Shown: positions 1-8,832, counted from the first letter of the stretch. The stretch is 64,000 nucleotides of DNA from an uncultured Collinsella sp. (GCA_900544845.1 UQWV01000002.1:20721-84720); one strand, 5' to 3'. The notes: generated from the letters alone by a model not told the origin. Translations and numbers: made by a program.

Positions 1-2
1 TC

Positions 3-233
3 ATGAGCAGCGATAAGGCGCTGCGACAGCTGGGCGGAATTATCGACCGCATGTCGATGGCAATTGTGATCGCCGGTCTGTTTATCGGTTCGTCGGTGGT
101 GTACTACGCACGCATCGAGCCGGTTGTGTTTGGTATCCCGGTTATTGGCTTTATGGGCTACGTGAGCGCGCTGGTGCTGGCGCTGATGCTGGGCCGCGAG
201 ATCTGGCGCAACAGCCACGGCGGCAAGCGTTAA
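3..233 (+). CDS. C-terminal fragment (partial at window edge) of a membrane protein; hydrophobic C-terminal helices, possibly an ABC1/UbiB-family kinase tail
   Basis: ORF runs from the window edge to a stop at 233. The translation ends in two hydrophobic helices (…AIVIAGLFIGSSVVYYARIEPVVFGIPVIGFMGYVSALVLALMLGREIWR). Confidence 0.4.
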   Translation: MSSDKALRQLGGIIDRMSMAIVIAGLFIGSSVVYYARIEPVVFGIPVIGFMGYVSALVLALMLGREIWRNSHGGKR

Positions 234-369
234 TGATTTCCCGGGGTCGGGGAAACGGGTTATTTTGCTCGGCACCCCATCCCCACCCTTTTCTATCGCA
301 AACCATAGCTTTTACCTTGGGCTTCGCCTGTGTGCGGGGCCCTTTTGCGTGCTACCATATCGACAGTAA

Positions 370-565
370 TAATCGATGGCCTAGATGGTGGTGCGGAGAC
401 GCACGAATGCGCGGTTTTCCTGCGCGTTTGGGAGAATCGGGGTGCAAGTCCCCGGCTGTGCCAGTAACCGTAATTCCTCTTGGCCCGGGATGGCCGCGTC
501 GCAGATCGGACGACGCGCCCGGGTCGGTAAGGTTAAGTCGGATCGCCTCCCATCTTGCACGCGGC
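370..565 (+). promoter_or_regulatory. Candidate cobalamin (B12) riboswitch in the 5' leader of the giant surface-protein gene
   Basis: Read directly. GGGAGA-atc-GGGGTGCAAGTCC-ccg-GCTG-tg-CCAGTAACCGTAA at 430-474 matches the RF00174 core GGGAA..GGUGnAAnUCC..GCnG..CCCGCnACUGUAA. GGGATGGC at 487-494 matches the GGGAAGGC element. AAGTCGGATCGCCTCC at 533-548 matches the B12 box AGyCAGGAnACCUGCC. It is on the + strand, ~140 nt upstream of the ATG at 699. Confidence 0.6.
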
Positions 566-698
566 CGCGGCGCATGCCGCCGGTACGCGTTGGGCTCTGG
601 AGGGAAGGGGGACCCCGATGGGGGTACTCGAGCGCAATACGCGCGATGACGTGGGGCAGCCGCTGGGCAATGCTCCAAGTGCAGACAGTAGGAGACAA

Positions 699-3600
699 AT
701 GGATATGTTTGAGGACGAGTGTCAGCGTGCCTCGTGGCGTCGTCATGGGGTGATTGCGCGCGGCGTAGCCAGGCGCGGTCTGGTGGCCTTCCTGGCGTTT
801 GCCATGGCTTTTGGCACCACGCCGGCACAGCTGTGGGCCGAAGGCGCCGAGGGCATTGCCGACGCCGTGACTCAGGCCGCGACGGGCGGCGAGGGCGCGG
901 CGGCCGACGATGGCGCTGCTGCCGATACCGGTGTGAACGGTGCGCCGGCGAGCGCTGCTGCCGATGGCGCCGACGCGGATCAGGGCGCAACTGCGAGTGC
1001 CGCGAATGGCGATGACACCGACACGGGCAACGCGACTGAGTCTGAGAACTCTGCTGCGACGCCTGTCGCTTCGGAGCAGGGCGAGCCGAAGGCCGCTGCC
1101 GCTTCTGCCACGACGCTTTCCAGCGAGGCCAAGGTCTTCATCCAGGACACCAAGGATAAGGACAACTCGTATTCCACGAAGTCGGGGGCGCTCAAGGCTG
1201 GCGAGACGCTTTGGGCAAACATGTACGATGAGGACGAGGATGACCTCTACGGTTCTTCCTACTCCGTCGACAATCCCGGCACCTGGACTTACGCCTGGCT
1301 TGCCGGCACGACCAAGGCCAGCAGCAACGTTGCCGACTACACCGAGGTCGTAGGCAACGAGCAATCGCTCACCGTTACCGATGCCATGGTGGGCAAGTAC
1401 CTCATCTGCAAGGTGACGGCGGATGGCAAGGACTACTACGGCCCCTCGGTTTCGTACGGCTCGGGCATTAACCCCAACTACATCCCCGGCCCCGTGCTGG
1501 ACGCCGGCCAAATGGAGCTTTACAGCGTCAAGCTGAATAGCGACACGCCGAGCATAGGCGATACTCTGACGGCGACTCCGTACAAGGATTGGTCGAGCCC
1601 CGCGGGCTCTGACGCCAAGGTCACCTACACCTGGTCCGCTTCCACCTCTTCCTCCTCGGGCTTTACCAAGATCGAGGGCGAGACGGGCGCTACGCTCGTG
1701 GTGGGCGACGACCTCGAGGGTAAGTACATTAAGGTCGAGGCCACTGCCGGCGTCAACACGGTGAGCAAGACCACTTCCAGTAAGGTCAAACAGGCCGGTG
1801 CGGTCGAGATTTCGGCCGTGTCCATTATCAACACCAAGGACAACACGAGCGTCTTTGCGGTGGGGGATACCGCTAAGGCTCGCGCCAAGGAGAAGGGCGG
1901 TGCGTCCGGCGCGTTCGTCGACGCGAGCAAGCTCAACTATCAGTGGCAGTGCTCTGACACCAAGAGTGGCACGTATACCGACATTGCGGGCGCCACGGGT
2001 GAGACCCTCGAGCTTACCGACGCTTTGGGCGGCAAGTACCTCAAGTGCAAGGTGTCTTCGAAGATCGGCTCTTATAGCTTGACCAACTCGACGGGCGCTC
2101 TCGTTGCGGCTACCGGTTCAATTAATATCACCAAAGTGTCCATGAGCCCCTCCTCGGGCAAAGTCGAGGTTGGTTCCACGATCACGGCGACCGCCACGGC
2201 GGGTTCCACCGACGTTACCACCGATTCGCATGTCACGTGGCAGTGGTATAAGGGCACCTCGAACACCGCAAGCTCGTGCAACACGCCTATCGAGGGTGAG
2301 ACCGGCAACACACTGACAGTGACCGCTGCCCTTAAGGGCTACTACGTCGTGGCCAAGGCCAACGGCGGTTACGGTGAGCAGAGGCCTAACGGCTATTATG
2401 CGGCGGGTCCTGTCTCCATCGCTGGCCAAGTTGAGCTCTATGACGTGCAGTTTGAGGGCTCTCCTGCCACCAACGGCGTGCACGTGGGCGATAAGCTCAA
2501 GACTAAGGTGCGCAAAAAGGACGGTTCGCGCTACAGCTATATCGACCGCACCGATAATGTGACCTACCAGTGGCAGTATGCAAATAGCAGCTCGAGCTCC
2601 GACTCCGCTTACACCGATATCCCCGGTGCCACCGAGGCCGCCTATACCGTTGACGCTGCCTATGCCGGCAAGTATCTGCGCGTGAAGGTGACGAGCGAAA
2701 ACACCGTTTCCAGCACGCAGAAGAAGAGCTCATACGGCCAGACTGTTGCCCCGCTCGGCCCCGTGACGCTTAAGGGTCAGTACAAGCTGGCAGGCATTGA
2801 GCTTGCCGATAAGAACGTTACGCTGAGCGTGGGTTCAAAAATCACGCCGAGTGTGCAGGTGCCGGGCAGCTGGTCGGGCTCGACGGAGGATGTGCCCGAC
2901 GATGCCGAGCTCACCATGGCGTGGTATGCCAAGGGCGAGGGCGATGCCGATTGGACCGAGCTTACCGACGGCATCGATACGACCGATGGCAGCCTGACTA
3001 TTTCAGACGTGCTTGTTGGCAAGCGCATCAAAGTTACGGCGAGCGCCCTCGACAACACCGTTGAGTGGGTTTCGCCCGATAGCGTTACCGCAGCGGGGGA
3101 GTATAACCTGCTGCGCGTGACCACTACGCCGCAGATCAATAGCGATTCGACCCATCTCGTCTCGGGCGATAGCGTTAAGGCGACGGCGCAGGCCAAGCGT
3201 GCCGACGGTTCGACCACCAACGGTATCGACGTCACCGACCGGGCGACTGTTGCCTGGTATGCGGCCGACGACGCGAAGGCTCCCGCGGCCGACTGGACGC
3301 TTCTGCCCGATATGTCGGGCGCCACGGCAACGGTTTCGGCTTCTGCCGCGGGTAAGTATCTGAAGGCTGTCGCCACGAGCGGCAGCTCGACGGTTGAGCT
3401 CGTCTCTGTCAATCCCGTGATCGCCGCAGGCTCGCTTGAGGCCGCAGTCCAAAAGCTCAACGATGCCAATAAGCAGATCGCTGTTGATTACAGCGCCAAG
3501 GGCGGCAACGTCAACGATGTTCTGAAGGCGCAGCTTGCCGATCTGGGATTTACCGATATCGACGTCAAGGTCTCTGAGGGCGGCGTTACCTTTAAGGCCG

Positions 3601-6600
3601 GGGACGCCAAGGCTACGGTCGGTATCTCCGACGCCCAGGATAAGACCAACGGCGATGTGACGTTCTTCTTCATTGACCCCAACGACTACACCGGTTACAA
3701 CATCGACGGTCTGCGTAGCGCCGATGTGGTGTTTGAGCTGTCGCGCGATGGCAAGACCGAGTACTACCAGCCCAACAAGTCGGTGCAGGTTGCTTGGGAC
3801 GAGGCCCGCGTTCAGCAAATGCTCGACGATGCGGCCGAGCAGGTTGCCATCGGTTACGCTGCGGGCGATTCGGCCGAGTCCGTTACGTCTAACCTCACGC
3901 TTCCGTACCGCGCGGGTTCTAAGAACAAGTTCGAGGTTAGCTGGAAGAGCTCCGACGGCGATGTCATTTGGCCGTCCGGTTATGGCTGGGACGACTACAC
4001 CGGTAAGGTGACGCGCGTTTCGAGCGATCGCACCGTAACGCTGACCGCGACGGTTTCGTTTGTGAGCGGTGGCCCGAGCGATGTCGAGGGCTCGCACGAC
4101 TTCGCCGTGACCGTCAAGGGCGACCCCGAGAAGGTCGCTGCCGACAAGAAGGCACTGCAGGAGAAGGTCGATGCGGCCTTTACCTACGACAATATCAAGT
4201 ACTTCGACACCAAAACGGTTGCCAACAAGGACGGCCTGACCGCCGACCTGCAGATGCCGCGCACGAGCACGCTCAATATCGACGGCAAGTACTACAAGGT
4301 CGAGTACTCCGCCAGCACCGATGACATCACGTTTAACGGTTACAAGGGCACGGTCTACCAACCGCTGCCTGGCACCGAGGCAGCGAAGACCAAGGTCACC
4401 CTTACGGTGACCGATAAATCCAACGCCGAGGTCACGGCAAGCAAGACCCTCGACTTTGCGATTGCTCCGCAGGACCAGGACGAGCTCGATGCCGAGCTTT
4501 CTCTTATGGAAAAGGCGAAGACCGGCTATGCTGCCGCCATTCTGAATGGCCAGGACGCTAGTGCCGTTTCGACCGACATGCACGCGTTCCAGAAGGCGTA
4601 TCTTGATGCCGACGGCAACCTTGCCTGGAGCTACAACAAGGCAACGACCGATTCGACGTCCCTTGGCATTGTTCCGGTTGACCTGCCTGGTTATGACGCG
4701 ATGTCCGGTCAGGACTGGCGCCTGTTTAAGTCGAGCAACAGCTCCATTGTTTCTGCCGAGAATCTCAAGGTCACGCAGCCGCAGTACAACACCAGGGTTG
4801 TCGTTTCCTCGCGCCTGACGAGCGAGAAGTACGCTCGCTACGCTGAGCGCTATCCTGGCAACGCTACGTACGCTAAGCTTGCCAACCAGGACGTGTCGGC
4901 AAAAATCACGGTTCTGGGCACGAGCGGCCAAAACAGCCCGGAAGTGACGGCGACGTGCTCCGTCATTGGCATCGATGCCAAGGGCAAACAGCAAACGTGG
5001 GCTGCCGCGACGCAGTACACGCTCAAGAATGGCTCGACGGCCGCCGATCTTTCCGAGGAGCTCTTTAAGCAGGCCGGTCTCAAGGCCGACTACGATCCCA
5101 ACGGCTCTTGGGGTTGGGTGCTCAATTCCATTACGTCGCCTTTCGACGCCGATCGCACCCTTGCATATGACGCTGCTACGGGCGCATATTGGCAGCTATT
5201 CATTAACGGCGTCGCTGCATCGGTGGGTGCCGGCAACTACATCCTCGAGGCGGGCGACTCTGTCGTCTGGGGTTACTCGAAGTACGGTGACGCTGCGCCC
5301 ACCGACCAGCTTTCGGTAAGCTGCGCCGTTATCGGCCAGGACGCTTCGGGTGCTCAGCAAACGTGGGCTCAACCTACGACTGCGTTGGTGGAAGAGGGCG
5401 CAACTGCCGCCGACCTTTCCGAGCAGGTCTTTAAGCAGGCCGGTATTGGCGCCGACGTCCAAACCGGTTCGTATGGTTGGTTCCTCAATTCGCTGACTTC
5501 TCCGTTCAATAAGAGCGTGAAGCTTTCGACCGTACAGGTTAACGAAAGCACCTGGAAGTCCTGGCAGTTCTTCGTTAACGGCAAGATGGCCAATGTCGGC
5601 GCCGGCAACTACACGCTTAAGGCCGGCGACGAGGTTGCCTGGGTCTATGGTTCCAATGGCACCATGCCCGGTCAGGTTTCTGTCTCGATGGAGATCATCG
5701 GCAAAAAGGACGGTAAGGCCCAGCGCTGGACCGATCCTTCGATGCAGGTGTTTGTCGAGGGCACGACGATCAAGGACGCCACTGCCGCCTACTTTGATAC
5801 CTTGGGCATCAAGTCCGAGATGTACGATCAACATGGCTTCTGGGGCGTTCACAGCCTTGTCTCTCCGCTTGACGGCACTAAGTTGGCCGGCGCTTGGTCG
5901 TTCTTTGTTAACGGTGTTCCCGCAAATCAGCTTGACAGTGACTACGTGCTCAAATCGGGCGACACGATTGTCTGGGCTTATGCTCCCGGCGATACGGTGC
6001 CTAATCCCGACGAGGTCGTAGTCGATCCGAGCGCCCCGCGTCCGACCGATTGGAAGTCCGATTGGGATGGCAAGTCCAATGCGGCGGTCGAAAACGTTTC
6101 GACGCCTACGGGTGCGCTAGCGAGCTCCTGGACGTTCGATTGGAAGGCATATTCTGGTTCGGCGTATCCCAACGCGAGTGAACCTATCGTTGTGAACGGC
6201 AACGTGTATCTTGCCGTCAACAAGCGCTTGCTAAAGATTGACGCCGAGTCGGGCAAGGTCCTTGCCGAGTCGAATCTTAAGACTGCGGTCGGTTACACCT
6301 CGCGTCCGATTTATGCGAACGGTTTGGTTATCGTTCCGCTTGACGGCGGTGCGGTCCAGGCCCTGACGGCTGACGCGCTCACAACGGTTTGGGTCACTGA
6401 CTCCGTGAGCAGGACTGCTCAGTCGAATTCTCAGCTGACGGTTGATGGCAATTACCTCTATGTCGGCACCGTTGATGTCGACTATGGAACGAGTACGTAC
6501 AATAACGGTCATCTGACGCGTATTAATATCCTGACCGGCGCTGTTTCTTGGCAGCATGTCAATGCCGACGAGGGTTATTACTGGACGGGCGCGACGGTGG

Positions 6601-7889
6601 GCGATGACTATGTCTTGGTTCCCACCAGTGCCGGTACCGTCGAGATGCTCAGCAAGTCTTCGGGCGATGTGCTTGGAAGTGTTTCGGTTGGTGCTGTTGT
6701 CAACTCAAGCTGTGTGATTTCGGCTGACGGCGGCCATGCCTATCTAATCTCGCGCGACGGCAAGCTGCACGTGTTGGCGATTTCTGATGGCGACTCACGC
6801 GATGCGGATGCCGCTTCGCGTATTACCGAGGAGCGCGTAGTTGACCTTGGCCTTACCGGCTGCGCGTGCGCGCCTACGACGTATGATGGCAAGCTGATTG
6901 TTGGCGGCGAGGTTGCTGGCGGCTCTGCGCTAGCGATTATTGATCCGGCCAGCGACTTTGAAACGACGCTGGTTTCGTCTGCTGATGGCACTGCGCTTCC
7001 CACTGGTGGCATCAAGGGCGCTCCGCTGGTGAGCGTCCAGGGCGAAGACGCGTATGTCTACTTCACGGTTAACTACGGCGAGAGCCCTGATTTCGTTAAC
7101 TACACCTCGGGCGGTGGCGTATATCGTTACAAGTTGGGTGACGCTGGGGCTTCTGGTGTGTTTAGCGCAACAGGCCACAACAACTACTGTGACTCGCCAA
7201 TCGCTTGTGATGCCCAGGGCAACTTGTACTACATCAACGACTCTGGCACGCTGTTCAAGCTGAATGCTGGCGTTAAGGTTTCGTTTAGCGCTGGCGAGGG
7301 GTCCAAGGTCGATTTTCAGACTACGGCCGCCAACGGCTCTATCGCCAAGCCTGCCGATCCGACACGCGAGGGCTATACCTTCGCTGGTTGGTATACCGAC
7401 GAGGCTTGTACGGAGGCGTATGACTTTAGCGCTGCGGTGACGGCTGATATGACGCTGTATGCCAAGTGGGTCAAGAATGCCGTTAACCCTGGTGGTAACG
7501 GCGGCAATGGCGGCTTCAATGGCGGCTCGGGTAATGCCGGTGCTGGTTCTGGCTCCGGTAACGGCACAAACGGCCAGCAGACTGGCGGTGCTGTTGCTCC
7601 GGGCCAAAAGCCGGTGTCCACCACGACCAAGACCGAGACCAAGGACGGCAAGGATTCCAAGAAGGATTCCGACAAGTCCGACAAGAAGGACAGCAAGAAG
7701 TCTGATAAGAAGTCCAGCAAGTCCGGCTCCAAGTCGGATACGGGCGCGGCCGCCACGACTACCGCTAAGAAGTCCGCTGAGGCTCCTGTGCAGCAGTCTG
7801 GCTTCAATCCGCTTGCCATCGTTGGTGTTGCGGCCGGCGTAATCGGCCTTGCCGTCATCGGTGTGTTCGTATTCACCAAGCGTCGGTAG
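699..7889 (+). CDS. Giant (~2,396 aa) C-terminally anchored cell-surface protein with Ig-like repeats, 3x DUF4430-like modules (putative B12 binding), a PQQ-like beta-propeller and a Listeria-Bacteroides repeat
   Basis: Long ORF 555..7889. The start was refined to the ATG at 699 (or 705), preceded by AGGAGA at 690-695. The signal peptide is RRGLVAFLAFAMAFGTTPAQLWA, followed by an acidic low-complexity stretch. Nt 1250-3400 hold ~7 repeats with the signature YxWQ…GATGxTLxLTDAxxGKYLKCKV. Nt 4950-5995 hold three ~115-aa repeats ending …W(Q/S)(L/F)F(I/V)NG…GAGNY.L.AGD.V.W.Y. Nt 6180-7270 hold PQQ-like propeller repeats. The motif GYTFAGWYTDEACTEAYDFSAAVTADMTLYAKW is at 7371-7470. A G/N-rich then K/D/S-rich linker follows, ending in the terminal TM helix LAIVGVAAGVIGLAVIGVFVFTKRR with no LPXTG. 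Confidence 0.85.
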   Translation: MDMFEDECQRASWRRHGVIARGVARRGLVAFLAFAMAFGTTPAQLWAEGAEGIADAVTQAATGGEGAAADDGAAADTGVNGAPASAAADGADADQGATASAANGDDTDTGNATESENSAATPVASEQGEPKAAAASATTLSSEAKVFIQDTKDKDNSYSTKSGALKAGETLWANMYDEDEDDLYGSSYSVDNPGTWTYAWLAGTTKASSNVADYTEVVGNEQSLTVTDAMVGKYLICKVTADGKDYYGPSVSYGSGINPNYIPGPVLDAGQMELYSVKLNSDTPSIGDTLTATPYKDWSSPAGSDAKVTYTWSASTSSSSGFTKIEGETGATLVVGDDLEGKYIKVEATAGVNTVSKTTSSKVKQAGAVEISAVSIINTKDNTSVFAVGDTAKARAKEKGGASGAFVDASKLNYQWQCSDTKSGTYTDIAGATGETLELTDALGGKYLKCKVSSKIGSYSLTNSTGALVAATGSINITKVSMSPSSGKVEVGSTITATATAGSTDVTTDSHVTWQWYKGTSNTASSCNTPIEGETGNTLTVTAALKGYYVVAKANGGYGEQRPNGYYAAGPVSIAGQVELYDVQFEGSPATNGVHVGDKLKTKVRKKDGSRYSYIDRTDNVTYQWQYANSSSSSDSAYTDIPGATEAAYTVDAAYAGKYLRVKVTSENTVSSTQKKSSYGQTVAPLGPVTLKGQYKLAGIELADKNVTLSVGSKITPSVQVPGSWSGSTEDVPDDAELTMAWYAKGEGDADWTELTDGIDTTDGSLTISDVLVGKRIKVTASALDNTVEWVSPDSVTAAGEYNLLRVTTTPQINSDSTHLVSGDSVKATAQAKRADGSTTNGIDVTDRATVAWYAADDAKAPAADWTLLPDMSGATATVSASAAGKYLKAVATSGSSTVELVSVNPVIAAGSLEAAVQKLNDANKQIAVDYSAKGGNVNDVLKAQLADLGFTDIDVKVSEGGVTFKAGDAKATVGISDAQDKTNGDVTFFFIDPNDYTGYNIDGLRSADVVFELSRDGKTEYYQPNKSVQVAWDEARVQQMLDDAAEQVAIGYAAGDSAESVTSNLTLPYRAGSKNKFEVSWKSSDGDVIWPSGYGWDDYTGKVTRVSSDRTVTLTATVSFVSGGPSDVEGSHDFAVTVKGDPEKVAADKKALQEKVDAAFTYDNIKYFDTKTVANKDGLTADLQMPRTSTLNIDGKYYKVEYSASTDDITFNGYKGTVYQPLPGTEAAKTKVTLTVTDKSNAEVTASKTLDFAIAPQDQDELDAELSLMEKAKTGYAAAILNGQDASAVSTDMHAFQKAYLDADGNLAWSYNKATTDSTSLGIVPVDLPGYDAMSGQDWRLFKSSNSSIVSAENLKVTQPQYNTRVVVSSRLTSEKYARYAERYPGNATYAKLANQDVSAKITVLGTSGQNSPEVTATCSVIGIDAKGKQQTWAAATQYTLKNGSTAADLSEELFKQAGLKADYDPNGSWGWVLNSITSPFDADRTLAYDAATGAYWQLFINGVAASVGAGNYILEAGDSVVWGYSKYGDAAPTDQLSVSCAVIGQDASGAQQTWAQPTTALVEEGATAADLSEQVFKQAGIGADVQTGSYGWFLNSLTSPFNKSVKLSTVQVNESTWKSWQFFVNGKMANVGAGNYTLKAGDEVAWVYGSNGTMPGQVSVSMEIIGKKDGKAQRWTDPSMQVFVEGTTIKDATAAYFDTLGIKSEMYDQHGFWGVHSLVSPLDGTKLAGAWSFFVNGVPANQLDSDYVLKSGDTIVWAYAPGDTVPNPDEVVVDPSAPRPTDWKSDWDGKSNAAVENVSTPTGALASSWTFDWKAYSGSAYPNASEPIVVNGNVYLAVNKRLLKIDAESGKVLAESNLKTAVGYTSRPIYANGLVIVPLDGGAVQALTADALTTVWVTDSVSRTAQSNSQLTVDGNYLYVGTVDVDYGTSTYNNGHLTRINILTGAVSWQHVNADEGYYWTGATVGDDYVLVPTSAGTVEMLSKSSGDVLGSVSVGAVVNSSCVISADGGHAYLISRDGKLHVLAISDGDSRDADAASRITEERVVDLGLTGCACAPTTYDGKLIVGGEVAGGSALAIIDPASDFETTLVSSADGTALPTGGIKGAPLVSVQGEDAYVYFTVNYGESPDFVNYTSGGGVYRYKLGDAGASGVFSATGHNNYCDSPIACDAQGNLYYINDSGTLFKLNAGVKVSFSAGEGSKVDFQTTAANGSIAKPADPTREGYTFAGWYTDEACTEAYDFSAAVTADMTLYAKWVKNAVNPGGNGGNGGFNGGSGNAGAGSGSGNGTNGQQTGGAVAPGQKPVSTTTKTETKDGKDSKKDSDKSDKKDSKKSDKKSSKSGSKSDTGAAATTTAKKSAEAPVQQSGFNPLAIVGVAAGVIGLAVIGVFVFTKRR

Positions 7890-8771
7890 GTGAGGGCTGT
7901 GTCCAATAAGCCTCAGGACGCCGAGTCCAAGCAGCCCGACTCGTCGTTCATCCAGCTTGACGATGTAAAGCAAAAGGGCGCCGCTTCGGCGGCGTCCGCC
8001 CCTCGGCGCAAGGCGCTTGTTGGCGCCCTGACGGCCGTCTGTATTGCACTCATCATCGTCTCGTTGGGTTTTATCCATCCCTCTACCAGCGGTGCATGGT
8101 CCATCGACTGGATTGCGCGGGCTGTGACAGGGGAGAGCGTCGTTGCCAAGGATGCGTCGGTTTCCGGCTCGACTACCGCTTCGGGTAAGACTGCGCCCAA
8201 GGACTCCAAATCTTTGGACAATGCGAAGGACGAGTCTGAATCTTCGGACAAGAAGTCTGACAAGGATTCGAAGGAGAAGAAGTCCGAAGGCAAGGGTGGT
8301 AAGAAGTCCAGCAACACGTCTGCCGGACAGGGCTCGGAATCTGCTGGTGGAACGAGCTCTTCTGGCGGATCTTCCACGGGCGGCGGCTCGGTGTCTGGCG
8401 GTGGGTCTGCATCCAACGGCGGCAGCGCCTCTGCTGGCAATCAGGGCGGCTCGCAGCAGCCTGACTATGCCACAGTGACGGTCTCGGTTACGTCGAGCGC
8501 CGTGGGCAATCCTGTGTCTTCTAGTGGTACCTTCACCTTTAACAAGGGCGCTACGGTCTACGATGCCCTGTGCGCCCTAGGGCTTTCCGTGAATGCGCGC
8601 GGCACGTCGTACGGCACGTATGTCGCCGCTATCGGCGGCCTAGCCGAGATGGAGCACGGCGCCAAGAGCGGCTGGATGTACTCCGTTAACGGCACAGCGC
8701 CCATGACGGCCTGCAGTAACTACGTTCTCTCCAATGGCGATAACGTCGTTTGGTATTACGTAACGGGTTAG
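7890..8771 (+). CDS. Membrane-anchored (N-in, single TM) protein with S/G/K/D-rich linker and a C-terminal DUF4430-like domain; translationally coupled to the upstream giant gene
   Basis: A GTG start at 7890 immediately follows the TAG at 7887-7889 of the giant gene. The TM segment is ALVGALTAVCIALIIVSLGF. The C-terminus …GTSYGTYVAAIGGLAEMEHGAKSGWMYSVNGTAPMTACSNYVLSNGDNVVWYYVTG fits the DUF4430 signature. Confidence 0.8.
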   Translation: MRAVSNKPQDAESKQPDSSFIQLDDVKQKGAASAASAPRRKALVGALTAVCIALIIVSLGFIHPSTSGAWSIDWIARAVTGESVVAKDASVSGSTTASGKTAPKDSKSLDNAKDESESSDKKSDKDSKEKKSEGKGGKKSSNTSAGQGSESAGGTSSSGGSSTGGGSVSGGGSASNGGSASAGNQGGSQQPDYATVTVSVTSSAVGNPVSSSGTFTFNKGATVYDALCALGLSVNARGTSYGTYVAAIGGLAEMEHGAKSGWMYSVNGTAPMTACSNYVLSNGDNVVWYYVTG

Positions 8772-8791
8772 AGGTCTCGACATAGCGCGCC

Positions 8792-8832
8792 AAACGGGCG
8801 GTTCGGACAAACATCCGAGCCGCCCGTTTTTC
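8792..8832 (+). terminator. Rho-independent terminator after the DUF4430 gene pair
   Basis: AACGGGCGGtTCGGacaaacaTCCGAgCCGCCCG followed by TTTTT. Confidence 0.65.

Noticed and set aside
233-1511. ORFs 233..649(+), 385..753(+), 352..990(-), 381..1511(-) overlapping the riboswitch and the start of the giant gene
   Set aside because: Arg/Pro/Ala-rich translations typical of off-frame reading in high-GC DNA. They overlap a recognisable riboswitch and the real CDS.
7480-7760. Short nucleotide repeats (GGTAACGGCGGCAATGGCGGC…; AAGGATTCCAAGAAGGATTCCGACAAG…) that could look like a repeat array
   Set aside because: They are in-frame low-complexity coding sequence (GNGG… and KDSKKDSDK… linker) within the giant ORF. 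There is no spacer/repeat regularity of CRISPR.
7780-7889. Possible sortase (LPXTG) sorting signal at the giant protein's C-terminus
   Set aside because: A hydrophobic helix plus KRR tail is present, but no LPXTG/LAXTG/NPQTN motif precedes it. It is treated as a plain TM anchor.
3003-8078. Long antisense ORFs inside the giant gene (3003..4994 of 663 aa, 6930..8078 of 382 aa, and others)
   Set aside because: They sit opposite a clearly coding, repeat-structured sense frame. Their composition is biased with no domain signatures. They are a high-GC artifact.
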